DNA from: a virus
Direction: 5' to 3' (one strand)
Length of the DNA stretch: 64,000 bases
IMG/VR virus record: IMGVR_UViG_3300014309_000025
Coordinates: 66-64,065 of that record
The stretch's first letter is position 1; each line of letters starts with the position of its first letter. The notes beneath the pieces are model-generated. The model was not told the origin of the DNA and did not search any database. It saw only the letters and a program-made list of their open reading frames with translations. The position numbers and the translations under genes are program-made. Shown piece by piece: positions 38,437-48,228 of the stretch.

Positions 38437-40119
38437 ATGGCTTTAAATAACCCCTGGGTAACTTATATAGACCGTAGCTATAAGTCTATTAAGGCTTCTT
38501 TAATAAATAGGCTTAAGGTAGCTGTACCTGAAATAACTGATTATTCTGATAGTAATTTATTAGTAATAATTATAGCCCTATTTGCTGGGTTAGTAGAACA
38601 GCTAAATTATTACATAGACCAAATAGCCCGAGAATCTTTTATAACTACAGCAAGGAAGTACACCTCTATGATAAAACTTACAAGGTTAATAGATTATAGG
38701 GTTAAAGCTTATATACCAGCTTCAGTGGATTTAAAGGTAACAATGGTAGACTCTAGTGGTAATCCAGTTTTATTAGAGTCTGACTTTGAAATTACCCAAG
38801 GGGTAATAGTTAAAAATTCATCTGGTGTAGAATACCTTTTAGTTTCCCCCGTAACAGTATTTACCGGGACATCATACGCTTATGTAAGGGCTAAACAAAG
38901 AAAAACTTTATCTAACCAAAACTTAGGTACAACTAATAACGCACCAAGCCAAACATTTGTAATAAATGATAAATATGAGCATGACTCTGTGGGTATAGTT
39001 ATTGATAATGAGGCTTGGCAATTAAAGACAACATTTGCATTCTCTGGCCCATTAGATAAACACTTTATAGTTGAGGTTAATGAGGATAAAGAAATATTTG
39101 TTAAATTTGGGGACGGGGTACATGGAGTAATACCATCTGCGGGTAATCAGGTATTAGCAACTTATTACCAGACTTTAGGAGAAGCTGGTAATTCTGATGT
39201 AAATACTATAACAAACTTTGATGCTTCAACAAAACCCGACGTAACGGGTTATTCTGATGATATAACAATAACTAATCCACAGCCAGCATCTGGAGGTTTA
39301 AGTACCGAGGGTTTAGAAAGAATTAGATCGTCAGCCCCTTTAAGCATAAGGACATTAGGAAGGGCAGTTACACTTCAGGATTACAAGGACCTTTCAAAAT
39401 TGGTACCTGGGGTTTCTAAAGTAGATTTAGAATTTAATTGTGCCCAAGCTTTGCAAATATATGTTGCACCCACATCTGGAACAGAAGCTTCTAGTGCTTT
39501 ACTTACAGACGTTGAAGATTTCTTTGCAGATAAGAAAATGTTTGGACTAGCAATATTTGCAAGACCCGCTGGAATAACAGAATTAATTATTGGGTTAACT
39601 GTAACTGCTAAGTTTAGGAGAAATGTGATTGCTACAAGTAATGACATTAAGGAGGCCCTATTAATAGGGTATGGGTTTAACAATAGTGACATAAACAGAA
39701 GAATAAGAAAATCAGATATAATAGCTTTAATAGATAACCTGGATAAGGTAGACTTCTTATCTTTGGATTACATATATACCAAACCATACCCAAGGAGAGG
39801 TATAGATACTGATACTCAATTAACTTGGACATCAACAGTTAATTCGGGCTCTACTGTTAAAGCTCTATGGAGATTGGTAGCAATAACCACTAACACATTC
39901 CGGGTTTACAGGAATGATGAATATGTTGGGGTGGCATCATCTGGATCATTATTTTCTTCTAATGGCCTGTCATTTACTATATCTGGTAATTATACAGTAA
40001 ACGAGGAATGGTTCTTTTCAACCTATGCCTTTAACTCAGACATAATAGTTGATGATTTTACTGTACCCATAATAAAGAGCACAGGTATTAACTTAGAAGT
40101 AATAGAACAATATATATAA
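38437..40119 (+). CDS. baseplate J / gp6-like wedge protein
   Basis: YIDRSYKSIK...PEITDYSDS...YYIDQIARESFITTA...FGDGVHGVIP...RAVTLQDY. Confidence 0.92.
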   Translation: MALNNPWVTYIDRSYKSIKASLINRLKVAVPEITDYSDSNLLVIIIALFAGLVEQLNYYIDQIARESFITTARKYTSMIKLTRLIDYRVKAYIPASVDLKVTMVDSSGNPVLLESDFEITQGVIVKNSSGVEYLLVSPVTVFTGTSYAYVRAKQRKTLSNQNLGTTNNAPSQTFVINDKYEHDSVGIVIDNEAWQLKTTFAFSGPLDKHFIVEVNEDKEIFVKFGDGVHGVIPSAGNQVLATYYQTLGEAGNSDVNTITNFDASTKPDVTGYSDDITITNPQPASGGLSTEGLERIRSSAPLSIRTLGRAVTLQDYKDLSKLVPGVSKVDLEFNCAQALQIYVAPTSGTEASSALLTDVEDFFADKKMFGLAIFARPAGITELIIGLTVTAKFRRNVIATSNDIKEALLIGYGFNNSDINRRIRKSDIIALIDNLDKVDFLSLDYIYTKPYPRRGIDTDTQLTWTSTVNSGSTVKALWRLVAITTNTFRVYRNDEYVGVASSGSLFSSNGLSFTISGNYTVNEEWFFSTYAFNSDIIVDDFTVPIIKSTGINLEVIEQYI

Positions 40120-40121
40120 TA

Positions 40122-40832
40122 ATGTTCACATTTTCTAAAACATCTACTAAGCCTAACTTTTTGTTTGGCCTATTACCAAATTACTTTAAAGAGAATGACG
40201 CTTATAAGGATAGTAACAGTGAGGGTACATTAGAAAGATTTTTATCTATATTCTGTAATGAAATAGATGTGGAGGTAAAACCTTTTCTTGAGGGCACAGG
40301 TATATTATTCCATGCAGATAGTTATGACTCATTACCCACTGCTGATAAGAGTAAATTTTTAATACACTTATCGGATACTCTTGGTAATCCCCCAGACATA
40401 TTTAACAGCGAGGTTAAGTATAGAGCTTTATTGTCTAATATATTTGAGATATATAAATACAAGGGTTCGAGGAGAAGTTTGGATAATTTTTTAGCCCTAA
40501 TGGACTGGGTAATAATAGACTATTTTGAAATACCAGGCTCGGGGAATAACTATGACATGGATTTACAATATGATGGGGGTTGCATTATCTATGACACTTC
40601 TTGTGTTTCATTCTCTAGATATTCAATAACTATAACAGATACTAATGGTACAATCATTAAAACCCCTACTGTAGAGGAACTTGAGAGATTAAGAGAAGTA
40701 ATAGAAAATTTTATACAACCCGTAAATGCTATATTAATGGAACTAAGAGTAGAAGGGGGAGAAGTATCTTATTATGCTGACTCAACCTTTATAACTGCTG
40801 ATGACACACTAATAACCGCGGATAATACTTAA
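40122..40832 (+). CDS. baseplate wedge protein (P2 gpI / gp7-like)
   Basis: LLPNYFKEND...LERFL...IYKYKGS; C-terminal ADST/TADDT/TADNT repeats. Confidence 0.75.
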   Translation: MFTFSKTSTKPNFLFGLLPNYFKENDAYKDSNSEGTLERFLSIFCNEIDVEVKPFLEGTGILFHADSYDSLPTADKSKFLIHLSDTLGNPPDIFNSEVKYRALLSNIFEIYKYKGSRRSLDNFLALMDWVIIDYFEIPGSGNNYDMDLQYDGGCIIYDTSCVSFSRYSITITDTNGTIIKTPTVEELERLREVIENFIQPVNAILMELRVEGGEVSYYADSTFITADDTLITADNT

Positions 40833-40843
40833 ATAAATAAAAG

Positions 40844-41734
40844 ATGAAAAAAATATTAATAACTTTAACTATTAGCTTATTATCACTAGTAGGTTTTAGC
40901 CAAGTTAAACCGGAACAGATAGACGTGGGATCAAGCCCCAACGATAGAACTGGTGATCCCATAAGAACTGCTTTCCTTAAATACAACAGGACAGTAGCCG
41001 CAGCCTGGGATAGTTTGGCGGGCCACATGGGCCTATTTGGGGTAGTATTTGACTCTATTAACAACCAGTCTGATTCACTCCAAGTCCATGATGTTAGGTT
41101 AAAAGCTATGGAGATTATGGGTCATACCCATGCTAATAAAGATACACTGGATGGTACAACTTCCAAATTTACTATTCCTTTACGTTCGGCCTTAGTTACC
41201 GCGGGGGCTAAAAATGACTCTCAAGATGACTCTATTTCATGGATTGGGGACTCGGTTAGACTTCACGATAATAGACTTAAACTCTTAGAGGATGGGGTCT
41301 ACGGGGTGGGAACTATAAAAGGCACCATATCAGACGGAGAAATTGCCGTAGGGGTTGGCCCGGATTCGATTGCTGGATTACCGCAAACGCAGCCCCTGTT
41401 GATCTCACTATCAGCCGGTGCTGATACTGTTGAGTTTAAAATTAAGGCAAATAATCCCCTCATCGGTATGAATTCGGTACAATTAACAGCCAGCGGGGGA
41501 AGTAATCCGGGAGGCGCAACGGAAACAGTAATTATTCGACGTTACCGAAGCAGTACATGGGTTAATATGACAAGCACAGGTGCAACATTTACAGGAGCTA
41601 CTGAAGCTGATGCAACTATTAATACTTCAAATGATGATGTTTTGCTGGGTGATATAATACAAATTATTGGTTCTACCGGATCAGGTACAGCTCCGCTTAG
41701 GGTGTCTTGTACAGTAATATTCCAGATGCCATGA
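40844..41734 (+). CDS. fibre-connector-like protein (T4 gp9/gp10-type N-terminal motif) with a signal peptide
   Basis: MKKILITLTISLLSLVGFS|Q followed by IDVGSSPNDRTGDPIRTAFLKYN. Confidence 0.7.
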   Translation: MKKILITLTISLLSLVGFSQVKPEQIDVGSSPNDRTGDPIRTAFLKYNRTVAAAWDSLAGHMGLFGVVFDSINNQSDSLQVHDVRLKAMEIMGHTHANKDTLDGTTSKFTIPLRSALVTAGAKNDSQDDSISWIGDSVRLHDNRLKLLEDGVYGVGTIKGTISDGEIAVGVGPDSIAGLPQTQPLLISLSAGADTVEFKIKANNPLIGMNSVQLTASGGSNPGGATETVIIRRYRSSTWVNMTSTGATFTGATEADATINTSNDDVLLGDIIQIIGSTGSGTAPLRVSCTVIFQMP

Positions 41735-43782
41735 GGGAGATACTTATTATATTAATGTCGTTGATAGCTCTTGAAGCTCAATCACAACGCCCTATCCTTA
41801 AAATGCTATTTGAGAATGGCGTTGACAGCTCTATGTATAACGTTGCTACGACCACAGAAGGCACGGTAGCATATAACACTACCTATAAGGTGCAGGGGGC
41901 TAGTAGTATGTTTCCTTCTGTTAGTAGTCAAATTGAAACCCAAAACAATTTTAACTCAGGAACGAAATTTTATGTATCGGTATGGGTTCGTACAAGTACT
42001 ACTACCGACAACACTGTAATTTGTGGTAATTTCCCTTCTGGCGGTCAACAGGGATGGTATGCCAGACTTAACGGTACAACAAATTCCGTTTACCTTTATA
42101 CAGCTGGTCCAGGTGGTTCAAATACTGTTATAACTGCTTCGAATGCTTGGATAGACAATGATTGGACGCATTTCGGGTTTTGGTTTAATCGTGATGCCGG
42201 AGTCGCTCGAATTTATATAAATAAAGTAAAACAAACGTTAGCGAGTTCTGATTCATTGATACGAAATGATTTTCCTTACAATGATAGGCACTTGAGTATA
42301 AATGGATATTTAGATGGTAATCAAGGATTTTACTCAAACGGATATTTTGATAATTTACAAATATATAATTACCTACCTGCCCAATTTCAAATTGATTCGC
42401 TATATGATCACGTTAATGATATTCCGGCGTTCGAATTAGGACGTGCAGAGAGCTTAATTTCACGCAGAAATCTTAATCAAATAGTATATTTCAAACCTTA
42501 TCCAGGTGAGAAAATTATACCTAACACCGATCCTGAAGAGCCGGGAGATCCAGAAGCGTTTGTTTCTGATACTTTATTCGCTGATAATTTAAATGACTTA
42601 CCCACAGGTACAATCACGAGTAATACAATTGTAAATAGATGGCAAGCTATTATGCCTAATTTCAGAGAAGATAACCAATCAATTATAGATAATGCTGGTA
42701 ATAAATTTTTAAGGTCAAAGTATGATATAGGTGATTGTACTACAAATCAGGGAATAGAAGTTGGGATAATGCTTGACACAGTTTATCCGGAACTGTATAT
42801 GGACGTGAAGGTGTGTTATTCTAGTAACTATGACAGTGAGCATACGGTTAATAATACTTACGGAGGGAAAGTACCCTCTGGGGGAGTTTGGGGGGGCAAT
42901 CACTGGAATGTTATAAATGATCCGTGGGTTATTGATACAATTGGAGATTTACATGGTTGGTCAGCTCATAATGGAATGGGGTCAGGAGCGCCTTCGAGGA
43001 TATATTCATACGTTTATGAGATAAGAACATGGAACATACAATTGAATTACGGAAATACCAATAACGGATCGTGTATAACCTATACTAAAAGAGTAAAAGT
43101 AAACACACCAGGTCAAAAAAATGCCATTGTAGCAACTTATAAGGATGGTGTATTGGCGCAGCAAACTGACACTCTATGGTTTCAATCGGTTACGCAGTTA
43201 AATAATCATTTAGGATTTATTGAAGGAGGAGTTATAAAGCATAGTCTTAATAATTGCAGTGATGAATTAATTTATGCTGACATTGATGATATCGTTATCT
43301 ATACTAAAGGTCCAGAGCACCCTGAATATTTACCTGGAGTAGCCCCTGAGGGTCATACGATAACCCCTTTGTCTGGCACAATTGCTACAAATGTTTTTCC
43401 TGATCCAATAATGTTTAATGAAACAAGAACAACTGCCAGCGGCACCTTAAAATCACATTATACAGGGTCTTCTTTTCACCCTGATAAGGAAGACGGTACA
43501 ACATATACTAAGGTGGTTAATAATGCAGCTGGTGCAAAATATTTAAAGTTTACGTTCTGGCATGATGGTGTAAATAATTCAAGTGCTGCTGCCGGGATGT
43601 GGGTTAAAGTTTACTCTGGTGTTGGTACTGGAGGGACGGTGTTGTATACTTTTGATGAGGATGGGTGGAGTGGTATCCCTACTATTAATCACGAGTATTC
43701 AGTGCCTACATCTTTTACAATTGAATTTCACCCTTCAACTGACTTGGATTTAGGGTTTAAAGCCGATTATTATTTGCAGTGA
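41731..43782 (+). CDS. signal-peptide-bearing LamG / polysaccharide-lyase-like protein (putative receptor-binding protein or depolymerase)
   Basis: ATG at 41731 overlaps the upstream TGA (ATGA). Signal peptide MREILIILMSLIALEAQS|Q; LamG motifs FYVSVWVR, WTHFG, GYFDNLQIYN; lyase-like GGKVP...VKVNTPG...IDDIVI; CUB-like C-terminus. Confidence 0.7.
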   Translation: MREILIILMSLIALEAQSQRPILKMLFENGVDSSMYNVATTTEGTVAYNTTYKVQGASSMFPSVSSQIETQNNFNSGTKFYVSVWVRTSTTTDNTVICGNFPSGGQQGWYARLNGTTNSVYLYTAGPGGSNTVITASNAWIDNDWTHFGFWFNRDAGVARIYINKVKQTLASSDSLIRNDFPYNDRHLSINGYLDGNQGFYSNGYFDNLQIYNYLPAQFQIDSLYDHVNDIPAFELGRAESLISRRNLNQIVYFKPYPGEKIIPNTDPEEPGDPEAFVSDTLFADNLNDLPTGTITSNTIVNRWQAIMPNFREDNQSIIDNAGNKFLRSKYDIGDCTTNQGIEVGIMLDTVYPELYMDVKVCYSSNYDSEHTVNNTYGGKVPSGGVWGGNHWNVINDPWVIDTIGDLHGWSAHNGMGSGAPSRIYSYVYEIRTWNIQLNYGNTNNGSCITYTKRVKVNTPGQKNAIVATYKDGVLAQQTDTLWFQSVTQLNNHLGFIEGGVIKHSLNNCSDELIYADIDDIVIYTKGPEHPEYLPGVAPEGHTITPLSGTIATNVFPDPIMFNETRTTASGTLKSHYTGSSFHPDKEDGTTYTKVVNNAAGAKYLKFTFWHDGVNNSSAAAGMWVKVYSGVGTGGTVLYTFDEDGWSGIPTINHEYSVPTSFTIEFHPSTDLDLGFKADYYLQ

Positions 43783-43848
43783 TCCCTAACCCGGACATTT
43801 CGATTTGAGTTTCTTAACAGGTTAACCGGCCTATAAAAATAATATAAA

Positions 43849-45087
43849 ATGGAAAAACAATTTCACACATATAAGGCTTCTATATATTCTTTTGAAACTA
43901 CTGAAGTTTTATTGGGTTTACTTAGACCCGGCAGGTATTCTGGTTTTGATGATTTTTCTTTACATACACAAGGGGGGTCTTCTATAGTGGTTCACATGAA
44001 CCATTCAACTGAGTCAGTTAAGAAATCCTCTAAATCTGTACCCCCCGTGCTAGGTAAATATACAGGGGTAATATTAACTCCACAGGGGCAGGTTATCCAC
44101 AATGATGATGCAGATATAACTTTAAGTATACCCAAAAATAATGAGGCCAGTATAAGGTATGACCTTATTTATTGTGAACACCAGTACCTATTATCCAGTG
44201 GCTCAAACCCCGCAACCTATAACGTCCAATCGGGTGTAGCTGGACAACCTATACCAGCATTGGATAATCCAGAGAAAAGAGTATTAATAGCTACTGTTAC
44301 AGTAGGGGCTAATGCTGCTACCTTTAGCAGTTTAACTTTTACTTTAACCCCCACCCATGAGTTAGGGGGGTTAACCCATAGCGAAATATTATCTACCTTG
44401 CTTGGTGTAAAAACTGATTATACAAGTGAATATTATATAAACAAGGATAACACAGTAATTGAAAACCTATCTACACTGGATAATTTATTACACTCCGCAA
44501 ATCAAGGGATAATAGATTTAAATCAAACTAAGCTAGATGACTGGGGAGTCCCAGATGATAACACAGATTTGAATGCTACAACTTTAAGACACGGCTTATT
44601 ACCTAAGCTATCGGGTAGTACGAGCAATGTACTAAGGGGAGATGGTTCATGGGGGGACTTAGGTAATGGTGGAGTATGGAAATGGACTGATAGGCCATTT
44701 GGAGTAGACTTTTCATTATCCTCAGGTTCTCTAAATATAAGTCAAGGTTACATTGACATAAGCTACCCCCTAACAAGTCCCGATGCATCTGAGGCTTTAT
44801 TAAAGGTAATGTTTTCTGTTAATACAGCTGCTGGTAATGCAGCTAGGGGCCAGATACATTTTGCAGATGAAAATGGTAGGAACAATTTCAATTGCCCCAT
44901 GCTTACTATGCCTAGCTTATTAGGTTACCAATCCCAAGTTTGGCAATTTGTTGTTAAATTAAATCCCAGCAATCCCATAAAAAGAGTATACCTGACTGTT
45001 ACAACTTCCCAAGGGACTGAGGCTAATTGGTTAAATAACGCAAATGGTTTATCAGAGGTCCTTATACTTGTAGAAGCTTACCGTTAA
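43849..45087 (+). CDS. tail fibre / baseplate-associated protein
   Basis: RYDLIYCEH, and DDWGVPDDNTDLNATTLRHGLLPKLSG...LRGDGSW fibre-type motif. Confidence 0.65.
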   Translation: MEKQFHTYKASIYSFETTEVLLGLLRPGRYSGFDDFSLHTQGGSSIVVHMNHSTESVKKSSKSVPPVLGKYTGVILTPQGQVIHNDDADITLSIPKNNEASIRYDLIYCEHQYLLSSGSNPATYNVQSGVAGQPIPALDNPEKRVLIATVTVGANAATFSSLTFTLTPTHELGGLTHSEILSTLLGVKTDYTSEYYINKDNTVIENLSTLDNLLHSANQGIIDLNQTKLDDWGVPDDNTDLNATTLRHGLLPKLSGSTSNVLRGDGSWGDLGNGGVWKWTDRPFGVDFSLSSGSLNISQGYIDISYPLTSPDASEALLKVMFSVNTAAGNAARGQIHFADENGRNNFNCPMLTMPSLLGYQSQVWQFVVKLNPSNPIKRVYLTVTTSQGTEANWLNNANGLSEVLILVEAYR

Positions 45088-45691
45088 AGAATTTCCTAGC
45101 TTCTTCAACAGAAGATTTAATTTCTTTCCTTAGAGAGTTTATAAGAGTGATTGCATTGTTATTTGCTTCTAATCCTAAATACTCGCAAAGCATTTTTGCG
45201 GGTATTTTTGTTTTGGTAGGGGATACCTTATCTAAGATGTATTCCGGGGGATTTATTTCAGTTTCTAAAACTAACATTGCATTATCTGATAACTTTGTTT
45301 TTAAGAATGATAATGCAAGTTCTAAAAATTCACCATAATTGTCTTCTTCTTGCTTATCCGGTATAATGTTGACTAATCTCTGGGTGTCATCTATACTAAT
45401 CATTGTGTAACCAGAATAAGCCTTTCTGAGTATCCTGAATTTGAAGGTTTTTAAAGAGTTAATAATATAACCTTTTAAAACCTCATTAGAAACTTTGCTA
45501 TAATATTTATTAAAAACGAATATGAATTTATCATCGAACCAAGACTCTATTATATCTTGAGTAACATTAAACCTTCTAGCATCTATTTGGAATACTAGAG
45601 ATTTACGTAATCCTTTAGTCTCATTGTAAAGCCTATTGAATAGAACTTGGTCATAAGACTCACTCATAGTTTTTAATCTGTGTAATTCCAT
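45062..45691 (-). CDS. phage-encoded RNA polymerase sigma-factor-like protein
   Basis: 209 aa; region-2-like FNRLY...F...LKGYIINSLKTFKFRILRK and region-4-like LSDNAMLVL...LCEYLGL...LRKEIK; preceded by a host-type promoter. Confidence 0.6.
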   Translation of the reverse strand: MELHRLKTMSESYDQVLFNRLYNETKGLRKSLVFQIDARRFNVTQDIIESWFDDKFIFVFNKYYSKVSNEVLKGYIINSLKTFKFRILRKAYSGYTMISIDDTQRLVNIIPDKQEEDNYGEFLELALSFLKTKLSDNAMLVLETEINPPEYILDKVSPTKTKIPAKMLCEYLGLEANNNAITLINSLRKEIKSSVEEARKFFNGKLLQV

Positions 45692-45712
45692 TTTGTACCC
45701 TGTTTTAATTTA

Positions 45713-45730
45713 TATAATGCAAATATAATA
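45713..45730 (-). promoter_or_regulatory. host-type -7 promoter element for the sigma-like gene
   Basis: The minus strand reads TATTATATTTGCATTATA, identical over 18 nt to 1811-1828. Confidence 0.7.
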
Positions 45731-45797
45731 AAAATAATACCGGGTTAATATAAATAAGGTACTTCTTATTAACTCATGGATATTTTAAGTAACGGGT

Positions 45798-45815
45798 ATA
45801 CTATTAAAAATAAGG
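45798..45815 (+). promoter_or_regulatory. phage promoter motif
   Basis: ATACTATTAAAAATAAGG upstream of the replication operon. Confidence 0.55.
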
Positions 45816-45848
45816 ATACTATATTATATTATACTTTGATATATTTCT

Positions 45849-47270
45849 ATGGCGGATACGAAATTCCAGTTCACTATTGAGTTTCAATTAGATTTGTTAA
45901 AATTCACAGTCCAGGATATTAACGGATACAAAGCTCTCAACCTTTACACTGATTACTATTTTACACTAACGGATCACGCAATTATAGCGTATACCCTTAA
46001 GAGGTATTTTAAAACAAAAAGAAGAGTTCCCGGTTTAACTATTCTACTCGAAGAAGTAAATAAATCCTTTAGTGAAAAACAGTTTAGGGATTTATTAACA
46101 GTAAGCGACAGGAGTAATATAATAGATATATGTAAAGATTTATATAAGGGTACAGTTAAAGATGGGGAAGATATACTTGAGAAGACCGAAAAGTTTTCTC
46201 AATTCGTTGATTTAAAAGCCATAGTAGAGGAAGTAGATTTAACTAATTATAACCAATACGACCAATTTTCCAAACAGGTACAAAAAGCAGTATCCCCTAA
46301 ATTGATAGGCAGGGACCATAAAGGGGCATTTCTAGTAACAGATGTTAAAGAGAGGCAATTTGATAGACAGGATAGAGGTACAATATTACCAACCCCTTGG
46401 AAACAAATAAACCGTATGACAAATGCAGGGGGTTACTCTAAAGGGAGTATTATAGTAATCCTGGATAAACCAAAGAAATTTAAAACGGGTATGTTAATGA
46501 ATACTGCTCGGGGTTATATGAGGTTACAAAAAAGGGTATTAGTAATAGACCTTGAGAATGGTGAGGATGAATTAACTATAAGGGTTGAGCAGGCAATAAT
46601 TAACAAGGATAAGAAGCAAATCCTAACGGGTGAGTTTGATAGGCAGATACAAAAGGCATTACGTAAATATAAAAGGTTAGGTGTAGAGTTAGTAATTAAA
46701 CGTATGCCCGCTATTATAACCACAGCTAATGACATAAGTAATTATATAGATTTATTATACCGTGAATATGGTATAAGAGTTGACGTACTTATAATTGATT
46801 TTATGGGTAAGATGGGTTGTTTGGCAGGTAAAGAAAACATCAGTGAAAGGATTTCAGAAGCTTATATAGAGGTTGCTAACTTAGCCCTTGAGAAAAACAT
46901 TGAACACGTATGGACTGCACAACACGTAACCAGGGCTGCTTCTGTAAGAGAAGCTTCAAGGTATGAGGGGAATGATGTTGCTGGTGATATCAATATTATA
47001 AGAAACGCTCAGGCAATATGGGGATTAAATAGGACAGAGACAGAAGAAGCTGCAGGTATACAGCGTTTAGAACTGGTTGACCAAAGAGACGGTAAACCAA
47101 AAGGCCGTGCAGTATATTGGGTAAATGCAGAAACTCAAAGATTAACAGAAATGACTAAGGAACAAAGGGCTGAGTTTGATGAGCAATTTAAACACTTAGA
47201 TAACAAACCCGAAGAGAAAGTAGCAAGGAAGCCAAGAAAAAAAGATATAGAGGATGAGTCAGACATATAA
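45849..47270 (+). CDS. dnaB: replicative DnaB-like helicase
   Basis: LPTPW, divergent Walker A DKPKKFKT, VIDLENG, Walker B IIDF, WTAQH and QRDG motifs. Confidence 0.85.
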   Translation: MADTKFQFTIEFQLDLLKFTVQDINGYKALNLYTDYYFTLTDHAIIAYTLKRYFKTKRRVPGLTILLEEVNKSFSEKQFRDLLTVSDRSNIIDICKDLYKGTVKDGEDILEKTEKFSQFVDLKAIVEEVDLTNYNQYDQFSKQVQKAVSPKLIGRDHKGAFLVTDVKERQFDRQDRGTILPTPWKQINRMTNAGGYSKGSIIVILDKPKKFKTGMLMNTARGYMRLQKRVLVIDLENGEDELTIRVEQAIINKDKKQILTGEFDRQIQKALRKYKRLGVELVIKRMPAIITTANDISNYIDLLYREYGIRVDVLIIDFMGKMGCLAGKENISERISEAYIEVANLALEKNIEHVWTAQHVTRAASVREASRYEGNDVAGDINIIRNAQAIWGLNRTETEEAAGIQRLELVDQRDGKPKGRAVYWVNAETQRLTEMTKEQRAEFDEQFKHLDNKPEEKVARKPRKKDIEDESDI

Positions 47271-48228
47271 CAATAATATTAAGGGTAAGATTTATTCTTA
47301 CTTTATTAATAGAAGGGGTATGCATGAGTATAAGAGGGGTTGGCTAAAAGGCGATTGTCCCTTCTGCGGTAAAGCCGATAAGTTCGGAGTACATATATCG
47401 GATAGAAGGGCTAACTGTTTTACTTGTGGGGATAAGATTAGTCCTTTAAATGTAATACTTAGATTGGAACACTTAAAAGAATATAGGGATGTATGGGTAT
47501 TCCTAAAAGCCTTTGAGGGAGTAGATTACATAGAGCCTTCAATTATTAGGGAAGTAAGAAAAGAGCACATAGAACTACCCGAAGAATATATTAATATTAA
47601 ACTGGGTGATACTAGATTTGGTAGAATGGCCAGAGATTATATTGGTATTACCCGGAAGTTTGATATTGACGAGGTTTCTTATAAAGGTTGGGGTTATTGC
47701 AGAGAAGGTAAATATGCTGGCTATATAATAATACCTATATATTTAAAGGGGGAATTGATCTACTTTCATACTAGGAAGTTTTTTGGTAATGGTCCTAAGT
47801 ATAATAACCCAACTATTGAGGATACAGGTATAGGTAAGTCTGGTATTATATATAACCTTGATGCATTATCAATATATGAAAACGTATACCTGCTAGAGGG
47901 GATATTAAATGCAGAAACAATCGGGGATGATGCAATAGCTACTGGGGGTAAGTCAGTATCCCCGAAACAAAAATCAATGATAATTAAATCCCCAGTTAAA
48001 TCCATAGTATTACTATTAGACCCAGATGCAATAGAAGAATCCATTGACCTGGGGTTAGATATGGTGTTTTACAAAAACATTAAGTTAGTATACTGGGAAG
48101 GTAAAAAAGACGTAAATGATATAGGTAAAGAAGAAACCCTAAGAAGAGTAAACAAATTTGATTGGTTACGTTATACAGACCTGCTAAAAATGAAACATGG
48201 TAAGAAACCCATCACTACATATCACTGA
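47254..48228 (+). CDS. DNA primase (Zn finger + TOPRIM)
   Basis: CPFC...CFTC, IIIP, PKYNNP, LLEGILNA, LDPDA and KDVND. Confidence 0.9.
   Translation: MSQTYNNNIKGKIYSYFINRRGMHEYKRGWLKGDCPFCGKADKFGVHISDRRANCFTCGDKISPLNVILRLEHLKEYRDVWVFLKAFEGVDYIEPSIIREVRKEHIELPEEYINIKLGDTRFGRMARDYIGITRKFDIDEVSYKGWGYCREGKYAGYIIIPIYLKGELIYFHTRKFFGNGPKYNNPTIEDTGIGKSGIIYNLDALSIYENVYLLEGILNAETIGDDAIATGGKSVSPKQKSMIIKSPVKSIVLLLDPDAIEESIDLGLDMVFYKNIKLVYWEGKKDVNDIGKEETLRRVNKFDWLRYTDLLKMKHGKKPITTYH

Noticed and set aside
25798-40832. Bacterial extracellular contractile injection system or tailocin
   Set aside because: Terminase, portal, capsid and replication genes are present, so this is a phage tail.
34324-45087. Diversity-generating retroelement or invertible fibre cassette
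   Set aside because: No reverse transcriptase, invertase or duplicated template/variable repeat was seen in the window.
45828-45840. Host -7 element TATACTTTG upstream of dnaB
   Set aside because: It does not fit TAnnTTTG spacing; the ACTATT motif at 45800 is the better candidate.
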